The notes under the pieces are model-generated. The model was not told the DNA's origin, did no database searches, and was given only the letters and a program-made list of their open reading frames with translations. Of a stretch of 64,000 bases of DNA, positions 36,251 through 64,000 are shown piece after piece. Made by a program: the position numbers and the translations under genes. The stretch comes from Octopus bimaculoides (lineage: Eukaryota). Positions within the stretch are counted from its first letter, which is position 1. Each line of letters starts with the position of its first letter. The stretch covers positions 17,036,752-17,100,751 of the forward strand of contig NC_068991.1 in assembly GCF_001194135.2 (NCBI RefSeq). The letters are read 5' to 3'.

Positions 36251-39200
36251 ATGGATATGAACCAAATTGATACAAGATTGTTCTCTGAAATGGAAGAATC
36301 TTCATTCGAGTCTGTTTCTATTTATGATGAAGCTCCTCAGTTGGTCACCTCTGACACAGACCTGGCAGTTCAGTCAGTATCCTCTGACGTATCATTAACA
36401 AACTTCTTTCAGGAAACGCCAGCATCAGCTGCAACTGAACTACCATCATCCATATTGTCATCATCTTCATCTTCATCATCATCATCATCATCATCATCAT
36501 CTTCCTCATCATTAACAACAGCAACACCTTCATTGTCATTGTCATCTTCCAACCAACAACCTCAGTCCCAAGCTTCACCTTCTATTATGATTGTTGATGA
36601 AGAGCCTCTTGATACTCTACAAATTACCTCGGAGACACCTTCTAAGAACACTAATGCCATTAGTGTTACGTTTTCAAAGCCAGTTCAAAGCAATGAGAAT
36701 CCTTCTGCGTCTCAGCAAAACCTAACCAATGTTTCCAGTCTTCCGGATCAACAACAGGTTTACCATTCCACCGAGGCAACGAATGTTATTGCTGATGCAG
36801 CACCTTTACCCTCAGTTGTAAACGGAGGAAGCATTCAACCAGAGAAATCAGAGAAAAACTCTGAACCATCCCCTAATGGGGTTTCTCTGTCAAAGATTGA
36901 TAAGCCATTCAAATGCGAGTACTGTAAGAAGATGTTTTCTCAGGCCTGTCACCTTACTCAACACATTCGAACTCACACAGGAGAGAGGCCTTTTAAATGT
37001 GACTACTGCCAGAAGGCTTTCACTCTGCGTGGTGACCTCAACCGGCACATTCGCATTCACACAGGAGAGAGACCGTTTCATTGTCCACAATGTCCGAAAG
37101 CGTTCACACTCCGTGGTGACTTGACTCGGCATGTCAAGATACACTTAGGTACAGATAAGCTATTCAAGTGCAACAAATGTGAGAAGCGCTTTACCAGTCT
37201 TCGCACTCTCTCGATGCATTGCCGGAATGTTCATTTTGAAGAGAAACGCTATCGATGCAAATACTGTTCTGATTCATTTCCTGCTCTGAGTCATCTAATA
37301 AAACACATGAGACTCCACTCACTGAGTCACGGAGACGTTTCTGCAAACAAGGTGTATTCCACAGGTGAGGTAGGCTTGAACAAGCCACTGAAGATTAGAA
37401 GAAGCAATGTAGTTCGCAACTTGGTGAATAACCAAGCTTTATCTCAGGAACAGAACAAAAAAGTTCTGCAAAACTCTTCAGCATGGTTTAACAACCAGTC
37501 AAGGGATTTAACCAATAGGCAGGGAAGCAAGTATAATTTGGACAAGTCTCTTGTGCCCACCACTTATTTCTCAACACCTCAATGTCGAAACGTCTTAGAT
37601 AAGGAACTTAAAAACATTTCAAAAAACCAGCACTTAAGCAATAAAAGCAGCAAACGCTCATTTGCAGAACAACAGGATGCTGCAGCTAAAATGCTCAAGC
37701 GGTCCGAAGTTGAAGAAGTGGTCATTCTTGATGATGACCCAATAGAAGATGGCTTATCAGTCAATCAGTGCAAAGATAGGAGTAAAGACAGATCAAAGGT
37801 GTCAGGTGGAAACAGTAAGGTGCATTTGCCAATTAAAACAATTCGCAGTCAGGAACATGGAATAAAAAGAGATTCCAAGAGATTACTGATTCACAGTCGA
37901 AACTTCTTGAAGTCAAACTATTCCTCAGCCCCAAAAAAAGACCATGTCCGAAAACAGTTCCAGTTCTTTGTAAATAGCAGCAGGAATTCCATTGTTGGAA
38001 GAAGTCGGCTAGGTGTTCTTGATAAGGATGTACGGACATCCAGTGATGGCCGAGTGGCGTCAAAAAGTATTGCAATACAAACTGAAAGAGATATAGATGA
38101 GAAAAAAATGGAATTTATCCGGAATAATATTGAAAGTGCTGATCTGAAGCATGTTGCCGTGCATTGCCGCACAAAGACTGGTCAGTGGCTATTTTACTGT
38201 GAGAAGTGTAATGAGCTATCCATGAATATTGACTTCAACACATTTTCATTACTGAACTTAGCTCACCCACCAGATCCAGTAGGTAACTTAGATCATTCTC
38301 ATAACCCCGTTTCTACTGCTCCCAAAACAAATGAATTGGGGAGAGAGAGGTCTGATGTCTCGAATTATGATACTTTAGATCTGAACACTGGGAAAAGTAA
38401 TACCAGGAGATTATCATTAGAAAAGGAACAAACCCGAATCAGTAACAAACCAAATGTTTTGAGCAACCGAAGAAAGAACAACATGCCATCAAAGACATTC
38501 TCTTGTGACCAATGTCCTCTGCAGTTCGTTGGATCTGCTGAACTGGTCAACCACTTGAAAACTCACACAAGTCAGAACAAGCCAGATATTTATTCATCAA
38601 GCAGCAATTTGACTGAAGCGATTAAGAAAAACAGAGAACTAATCCAGATTCTCAATGGTTATTGTGATCAGTCAGAATTTGATGACCAATTCATTAACAG
38701 AAATCTGACCTTTGACCTTACAAACAGTCAGAAGTTTTCATCTGAACTAAATGATTCTCAGTTCAGTTCCAGTTTTGCAGAAAACCTTTCCCATAGTGAC
38801 CAGTTTGTTAATCTTGATAGCTATTGTGGCAATAACGAAGACATGGTGCTTCTTGAAGAGATTTCCACAACCAACACCAACACCAACAACAACAACAACA
38901 GCAGCAGCAACAATAACAACAGTATTGAAATGAACTCAGTCATAGATGTTGGTAGTCAAGACAGGCTTGGAGTAAATTCTCGCAACAAAACCTCAAACTC
39001 CATCAGTAACTTTGATGTAAAATTGTCCCTAGTAAATGATTGTTCAGAACTTTCTCAGGGTAACTTCAAAAATGACAGTGGCGCTTTCCTAACTGTAGAC
39101 AAATCTCAAGAACTTTCTCGAAATGATATCCTGGCATCAAGAAAAGACCAGTGTGATAAAGACATCAACTTCATGACACACAATGTAAATTTTGATGGCC

Positions 39201-40963
39201 AAGCGGGAGCAACTTATATAGAAGAGAATGCTTACACAAGCAGTCAGTCAGTGAACCAACGAAGCACAACATCATCGACATCATTAGCAACAGCAACACA
39301 AAATGAAATCATTAATGACATTACTGTAGATCTGAATAAATTTCCAGTGACAAGTGAATCCAGTACTGACCTGCAGCAAAACTTCTTTTGTATTGACCAA
39401 TCTGAAAGTGACCATGATTCACCTCTTGTCATAACATCTGTATCTTCAGGAAACCTTCCTAATGCAGAAGACTCAGCCAGCTCTGGACATTCTCTGTACA
39501 CCTGTGAGTTTTGTAAGGTTAATTATTTAACCGTTGACAATTTTGTTAACCACATGTCAGTGCATGAAGATAAAAGATTGTTTAAGTGTATGATATGCCA
39601 TATCTACTTCTCCACTGTTGATTCATTCACAACCCACTTCAGAAGACACACACCCAGACCAAATTTGAAATCAAACTCTTCTGTTAAAATCGATAATTTG
39701 GAGAAAAGTTTTCAGAAGCAAACAGAAACAAACTTGGAGACTGCAGGCCAACAAAATTCCCAGAACAAAACCTCCAAGCAGTTCAGCAGGGATGGCTTAT
39801 TTCAATGTAAAATCTGTAGTAAGCAATTTGATAATTACAGCAGTTTGGAGGCCCATCTGAAGAACCATACTGAACAAAGATCCCTTCCAAGTTCTGATTT
39901 GATGACAACTTCTAGTTTGAGAAGTAGTAAAGACTTGAGCCCAGATATCCAAAGATCAGAAGCTTCCTCAGAAAAGGCCCAGTCACTTGCTATAGTTAAC
40001 CAGTTTCAATGTGATCAGTGCTTGTCTACATTTCAGCATAAAAATGATTTTATTTCTCATTTGAAAACCCACATTGAGAATTTGGAGTTAGCATATAACC
40101 AGACTGAGGAGGCAAACAGTTTTCAAAATGTGGACACTTTGTATTTTATTGAGAAATGTAAAGAAGAATACACAGAACCTACTCAAACAGATCCTTTAAA
40201 CTGTAAAGAGCTCAAACCTGCCACAAGTCAGGAGAGTTCTTTGAGTACCGCATCTACTTTAGCTAACAGTGTTGCTGCTACGAACAGCCCTTACTTGTGC
40301 AATGTTTGTAATCAGTCATTTGTTGAGCGTCTGCATCTTGTTAAGCATTTAATCACACACATTGGAAATAAACAGGTACTGAACAGCAGTTTAAGAAACC
40401 TAGACAGTTCACCAGTGACTATTGAAAATGTAACTCAGGTACAGAACGACAAATTGTACAGTTGTAAACACTGCAACAAAGTGTTTACTCATATGCACCA
40501 ACTACTGAAACATATGGCTGTGCACAGAAAAACCAAGTCTTTTGTCTGTCGCTTTTGCCAAAAGGAAATAACACTCTACAAAGACTTCATCAACCATCTG
40601 AAAATTCACACAGGACCTTTGCAGTGTCCTGTTTGTCGAAAAACATTTTTACATTCGAGCCTTCTCAAATCACACGTTCTAACTCACAACATTGAGAAAG
40701 CATTTGCTTGTCAGTACTGTGATAAATCTTTTGCCCAATCATGTCACTTAACACAGCATATACGCACACACACGGGAGAAAAACCATTTGCTTGTTCATA
40801 TTGCCATAAAGCTTTCTCGCTGCGTGGCGACTTGAATCGACATATTCGTACACACACTGGCGAGAAACCATACAAATGCACACTGTGTGAGAAAGCTTTT
40901 GCATTAAAGGGAGACTTAACCCGACACAAAAACACTCACAAAGCTGAAATCATATTAACATGA
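36251..40963 (+). CDS. Large multi-cluster C2H2 zinc-finger protein (1570 aa, about 17 fingers), intronless CDS
   Basis: Long ORF with a strong start context (gttaccATGG) and an in-frame TGA upstream at 36224. I count 5 N-terminal fingers, 5 scattered central fingers and 7 C-terminal-region fingers (C-x2-C-x12-H-x3/4-H, TGERP/TGEKP linkers). Poly-S and poly-N tracts are present. Probable acceptor tttcag at 36103. Confidence 0.95.
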   Translation: MDMNQIDTRLFSEMEESSFESVSIYDEAPQLVTSDTDLAVQSVSSDVSLTNFFQETPASAATELPSSILSSSSSSSSSSSSSSSSSSLTTATPSLSLSSSNQQPQSQASPSIMIVDEEPLDTLQITSETPSKNTNAISVTFSKPVQSNENPSASQQNLTNVSSLPDQQQVYHSTEATNVIADAAPLPSVVNGGSIQPEKSEKNSEPSPNGVSLSKIDKPFKCEYCKKMFSQACHLTQHIRTHTGERPFKCDYCQKAFTLRGDLNRHIRIHTGERPFHCPQCPKAFTLRGDLTRHVKIHLGTDKLFKCNKCEKRFTSLRTLSMHCRNVHFEEKRYRCKYCSDSFPALSHLIKHMRLHSLSHGDVSANKVYSTGEVGLNKPLKIRRSNVVRNLVNNQALSQEQNKKVLQNSSAWFNNQSRDLTNRQGSKYNLDKSLVPTTYFSTPQCRNVLDKELKNISKNQHLSNKSSKRSFAEQQDAAAKMLKRSEVEEVVILDDDPIEDGLSVNQCKDRSKDRSKVSGGNSKVHLPIKTIRSQEHGIKRDSKRLLIHSRNFLKSNYSSAPKKDHVRKQFQFFVNSSRNSIVGRSRLGVLDKDVRTSSDGRVASKSIAIQTERDIDEKKMEFIRNNIESADLKHVAVHCRTKTGQWLFYCEKCNELSMNIDFNTFSLLNLAHPPDPVGNLDHSHNPVSTAPKTNELGRERSDVSNYDTLDLNTGKSNTRRLSLEKEQTRISNKPNVLSNRRKNNMPSKTFSCDQCPLQFVGSAELVNHLKTHTSQNKPDIYSSSSNLTEAIKKNRELIQILNGYCDQSEFDDQFINRNLTFDLTNSQKFSSELNDSQFSSSFAENLSHSDQFVNLDSYCGNNEDMVLLEEISTTNTNTNNNNNSSSNNNNSIEMNSVIDVGSQDRLGVNSRNKTSNSISNFDVKLSLVNDCSELSQGNFKNDSGAFLTVDKSQELSRNDILASRKDQCDKDINFMTHNVNFDGQAGATYIEENAYTSSQSVNQRSTTSSTSLATATQNEIINDITVDLNKFPVTSESSTDLQQNFFCIDQSESDHDSPLVITSVSSGNLPNAEDSASSGHSLYTCEFCKVNYLTVDNFVNHMSVHEDKRLFKCMICHIYFSTVDSFTTHFRRHTPRPNLKSNSSVKIDNLEKSFQKQTETNLETAGQQNSQNKTSKQFSRDGLFQCKICSKQFDNYSSLEAHLKNHTEQRSLPSSDLMTTSSLRSSKDLSPDIQRSEASSEKAQSLAIVNQFQCDQCLSTFQHKNDFISHLKTHIENLELAYNQTEEANSFQNVDTLYFIEKCKEEYTEPTQTDPLNCKELKPATSQESSLSTASTLANSVAATNSPYLCNVCNQSFVERLHLVKHLITHIGNKQVLNSSLRNLDSSPVTIENVTQVQNDKLYSCKHCNKVFTHMHQLLKHMAVHRKTKSFVCRFCQKEITLYKDFINHLKIHTGPLQCPVCRKTFLHSSLLKSHVLTHNIEKAFACQYCDKSFAQSCHLTQHIRTHTGEKPFACSYCHKAFSLRGDLNRHIRTHTGEKPYKCTLCEKAFALKGDLTRHKNTHKAEIILT

Positions 40964-41634
40964 TAAACACTTAATTTTGCTACACCATACCATATATGGC
41001 AGGAATTTTAAAAATTTTATGAAACAAAAAAAATTTTGCAGTCTATTTATTTTTCTTCAAAAAAATTTTTTTCTTTCCTTTGTTGCTTGCCAGTTTAGAG
41101 CAAGAAATTAGTTTTTGTAGATTTCTTGACGGGTATATAACATGACTCTTGTGTTTAGGAATTGAAACAGTGCTCACTTACTTCTTGAGGGTTAACTCTG
41201 TTCAAACCAAATACAAAGAGGTAAATTGCAAATATATATATATTTAAACCTTTCACTTGTTCTTTTTCTTCATTTGTGTGTGTTTGTGTGTATATTTTTC
41301 TGTTATTTTAAAATTTACTTTGTTCAGATTTTTTTTTAACCCAACTACAATTATTGTGTCACCAAAACTACAATCTTGGTCTGACAGTGGAAATGGAAGT
41401 GAAATAATCTATTTCTGACATCTGGTTTGTTGATGTAAGGAAACCAAGTTTCTGGAATTTCTCATTAAAAAGCACTGGTGATGGTGTGACATAAAAAGCA
41501 CCCATTTACACTGTAAAGTGGCTTGCTTTACAAAAGGCATCCAGCCATAGAAACCAAGCCAAAACAGACAATGGAACCTGGTCTTGCCAGTTCCTGTCAA
41601 GCCATCCAACCCATGCCAGTATGGAAAATGTTGA

Positions 41635-41671
<37 letters not shown>

Positions 41672-42049
41672 CATATATTATAATTCCTTCATATATAACT
41701 ATAGGACACTGTAGTCTTTTAAAATTTTCAAACATTAGTTTATGACGTGTTGCATGTTGCCATTTGATATAACAAGTGATGCACAATACTGCAGCTGTTG
41801 CAGTTTTTGCACATAGGGTGTCTGTTGTTCAAAGAACATATTAATTCTTTTTTTTTTTTCAAAGTGGTTTTTGTTATGTTAAATAGCAGGGATCTATCTT
41901 CTGGAAAATTGATTGTTTTTATTGTTTTCTAATGATATATATGTATTTGTTTTTAAAAGCTGCATTTTTGTGCATTATTATGGCAGTACAATGAGAAATA
42001 TTTGCTAATGTGAGTTTTTTTTTTTTTTGCAATAGGTAAATAGACACAA

Positions 42050-43480
42050 GTATTGGGATTCTGATCAACACATTTTAACACGCCTCTCCACTTGTTGCCA
42101 TCATTTGGCTTCTCTTTTATCCATCCACCCATTATTCATGATAAAGTCATAGTAGTAGAGTCCTCAAGCATCTTCCCCATAGAGTTCCATCAGAAGCAAC
42201 CATCATTAGACTTTCCTGCTGGATTCCCAAGTTTGACTAGCTGAGATTGTGGATATTATCCATCCATCTTGTCTTTTGTCTACTCTTTTAGCTCAACTTG
42301 AAGAATTCATCGTGATTCTTTCCTGTGACATTTTAATCACATGTCTGTACTGCTGGACCTGTGACCTTTTAATGTGGTGATGCAGTGACTCGACCTGGAG
42401 AAACTCTCTGATCTTCAAGTTATGCACCCTGTCAAGTAATGATCCTTCAGAGGAACTCCATTTTGGCTACTTGTATTCATAATTTTACTCGACAATTACC
42501 CAACATTCATGACCATAGGTGAGGATAGACATGAAAACTGAACAGTTTCCCTCTTCTGAAGACTCCTACTTGTATTTTTTTAATACTTTTTCACTCAACC
42601 ATTATTCTTTTTGTGCTTCACATCCCTATACTGTTACTATCATCTCTCTCATACACTTTACAAATACTTCTGGTGCCTAACTTTTCTCTCAGTACACTTG
42701 TGCTGGCTGACATTACATATCCATCAAAGTTTGCTCACCTCATTTCTTTCAAGCTTTCCAATATCCTCCACATTCATCACCCTTGCCATGTTAAGCCTCA
42801 TACAATCCGTTCTTTCATTTGGAGAGTGAGCACTTTCCTGTCAACAAAGATCATAATTGTCTGAATTTTACCTTCCTTTCTTTGTTTCAGTTTCCGTCTA
42901 GCAAATTCACTCACAAGGCTTTGGTCAGCCAGGGGCTTTATTCCAAGGTGTCACAGTGAGACGATGTGATTCACACACTCACACCTGTACACTCTTCTGG
43001 GCAATTCAAGTTTCATTTTTCAGGAGCTCTTCCTGATAATTACTCTTGTGTATCTGTTTCAAATGAAATCTCTCTTCTGTCAGCCTAAGATCCTACATCA
43101 TCTTTTGTGTACTCCTTTTATGCATATTGAGCATTGCTACTTCCCCGTTGGTTGTTTTGTTTTATTTTTCTGCTAACACTTCTCCATTTACTAAATTAAC
43201 CTTTACTACTCTTAACTCTAGATTTTGTTTCTACCTTTGGAACTTTTCAACTGATTCAGCTATGAGTGTACATGAGTTCTCACCAACAACCAGTTTTGAA
43301 CTCTTCTCTTATGGCTTGGAGAAGTATATAAAAATGAGTGGACTGAGTCCTAATGGACACATTCTTGCACACTAAATTCCATTCTGAGCCTCATTACTCG
43401 CTTCCACTTTGCTAACAACAGCTCTGACCCATATTTACACAACTTCCACAAACCATTCCTTTCTGCCCAAGCTCCATTTT
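42050..43480 (-). mobile_element. Decayed RTE-type LINE ORF2 fragments interrupted by SINE pieces
   Basis: Minus-strand remnants resembling LQAI.EEFKTGC.WELMY and KLERNE...W.CNVS...LREKLG, with many stops and frameshifts. Confidence 0.6.
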
Positions 43481-43629
43481 GTCTGTATTGGCATGGTTTC
43501 TATGACTGGATGCCCTTCCTAATGCCAACCACTTTATAGAGTGTGCTTTTTACATGGCACTGGCATGGGTGCTTCTATGGTGTACATGGCACCAGCACAT
43601 GTATAAATATATATAGAGATGCATATGAA

Positions 43630-44005
43630 TGAGGACAGTTGCATCAAGAGGAACCGATCTCTAATTGTGGGGTGGGTAGACCCAGGAAGATGTGGGACAA
43701 AGTGGTGAGAAAAGACCTACAAATGTTGGGACTCACAGAGTAGGGGCAGGGGACCAAGACTGCTGGCGGTTTGTTGTGCTTGGAAAGATACGTCAAGCTA
43801 AGTAAAAGTGTGGTTACCCTTGCAACCCTCTCCAGCTGACCGTCTCTAATTGTACTGCACAAAAGTACCCAGTACACTCTATAAAGTGGTTGGTGTTAAC
43901 AAGGGCATCCAGTTGTAGAAACCATGTCAAAACAGACATGGAGCCTGAACAGCCCTTCAACTGGTCGGCTCCTGTCAAACTGTCCAACCCATGTTAGCAT
44001 GATGA
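43630..44005 (+). mobile_element. RTE-type LINE 3' end (ORF2 tail plus 3' UTR)
   Basis: CGVGRPRKMWDKVVRKDLQMLGLTE contiguous with family C sequence and a (gat)n tail. A similar ORF2 tail lies at 60940-61195. Confidence 0.7.
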
Positions 44006-44780
44006 TGATATATATTTATGTCTAGCAAATTCACTCACAAGGCTTTGGTCAGCCAGAGGCTTTATTCCAAGGTGTTACACAGTGAGATGATGTGATTAGG
44101 AAGCAAGCTTCTTAATCACACACCTATGCCTGTACCTAATATGTAAGCTAGAATTTATTCAATCCAACAAAAATTACTGAAAACACCCCACCACCATCGC
44201 TTCATAGTAGGGGGACATGAACCATAAAGCTGGTGATAGTGCAGCCACATCTTATGAAAGTTAATGCAGAGGTTGGATTTCGGTAAAATAAGTACCAGTA
44301 ATATATTATTGATTATTGTGATATAGTGGCTAAAATGCTTTATACCATTTATTCTGCATTGCTTTATATCTTGAATTCATAGAAAATCTGCTTCAATAAA
44401 CACTGTCCTACCTATGCAAGCATGGAAAAGTGGATGTTAAAACAGTTATAATGATGATGGATGAGATGTTTCGTGGCATTTGTTTTAGTTCTTTGTGTTC
44501 TGACAGCAATGACACTGTTGTTATGCTGTGCCAGTCCAAGTTGGTGGCCTTTTCCTTGGATAAACATTTGTGGTGTGGAGAGAGGAGACTTGCCTACTTA
44601 GGTAACTGTTAGTCTTTCTCAAAATGTCTTGTCCAAGCCTACACATACTGAAGCAATGGAATAATCAACCTTGATCAATAGACGCTCCACATACCACTAC
44701 ATTTTACCAAATTGAGCAGTTGAACCATGCCATTCCTACCAAAATTGAATAATTCTAACAAAAAATGGAAAAGAAATATA

Positions 44781-44786
44781 TTTATT
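44781..44786 (-). terminator. Probable PSMC6 polyadenylation signal AATAAA
   Basis: AATAAA on the minus strand about 100 nt downstream of the stop codon. Confidence 0.55.
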
Positions 44787-44887
44787 TTAAAGAAAGGACA
44801 AGAACAAAAAATGCACAACTACTATATTCTCAATAGATGTAAAAACTTTGAGTAGTAGACAATTGTTGTTAGAATACGGCCTGAAAT

Positions 44888-63441
<18,554 letters not shown>

Positions 63442-63705
63442 TTTTAACTAGTCATGCTAACCGGTGTAAAATAAAATTAATTACCATTCAATTCTTATTG
63501 GAGGCATCAAACTATTATTTCTGGAAAGTGAAACAATATTGAACGTATTTTAATAACAGAATAATAAAAAAATAATAACGAAAAATATTTATTTAAACAT
63601 TATTATCTTTAAACATTATAAAATGTTCATTCTTTTTTTCTTTTTTTTTTCTTCAAATTAAACTTCACAGAAAAAGAACTCATTTTATAATCCCGCACAT
63701 AGCTA

Positions 63706-63714
63706 ACTTCCGGT
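63706..63714. promoter_or_regulatory. ETS/GABP-type motif (ACTTCCGGT) in the putative PSMC6 promoter
   Basis: Exact CCGGAAGT core about 265 nt upstream of the ATG; such motifs are common in housekeeping promoters. Motif match only. Confidence 0.3.
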
Positions 63715-64000
63715 TCTGGAAATTTTACTAATTTCTTTTTTGTAACAAGTTGCGATGCGTTTTAATTATGTTTCTAGAGTTATATAAGTTTGATTATGAA
63801 AATGTAATTACACTGAAAATTTTCCAAATACTTTTCTATAATTTTACTTTTGCTTTAAAGTGGTTTCTTTCACAAGAGCAGAAATATCACCCACTTCCTA
63901 CAATATTTAAAGAACGTGTAAAAATGTTATTTTCATACCTCTCCCAAGAGTATTAGTTCTCTAAACGAAATTATACATATTCCACCTAGAAATGAAACGG

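Noticed and set aside
36345-40935. Short ORFs overlapping or antisense to the ZNF CDS
   Set aside because: Shadow frames of a long coding sequence with no independent signals.

Overview
AT-rich, microsatellite- and SINE-dense eukaryotic scaffold with about 11 N-gaps. The repeat families, (TA)n/(GT)n/(TAT)n density and a giant C2H2 gene suggest a coleoid cephalopod, probably Octopus (inference). Two genes are well supported and converge tail-to-tail. (1) A C2H2 zinc-finger gene on + with an intronless 4.7-kb CDS (36251-40963, 1570 aa, about 17 fingers) and probable upstream leader exons. (2) The 26S proteasome AAA-ATPase PSMC6/Rpt4 on -, with 11 coding exons from 63441 to 44888 (396 aa), all with GT-AG ends. 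Weaker candidates are an unidentified 816-nt + exon (1229-2044) and a two-exon 5' end of a - gene (19755-19278). The rest is tRNA-derived SINEs, RTE-type LINE remnants, a Tc1 remnant, hAT and mariner MITEs, a Merlin-like deletion derivative and several long foldback palindromes clustered at 6.5-11.4 kb. The most notable observation is that the first three and last three fingers of the ZNF protein carry identical base-contacting residues about 1,190 aa apart, suggesting a bivalent DNA-bridging factor. There is no CRISPR array or prokaryotic system here. All coordinates and alignments were read by eye; no database searches were run.
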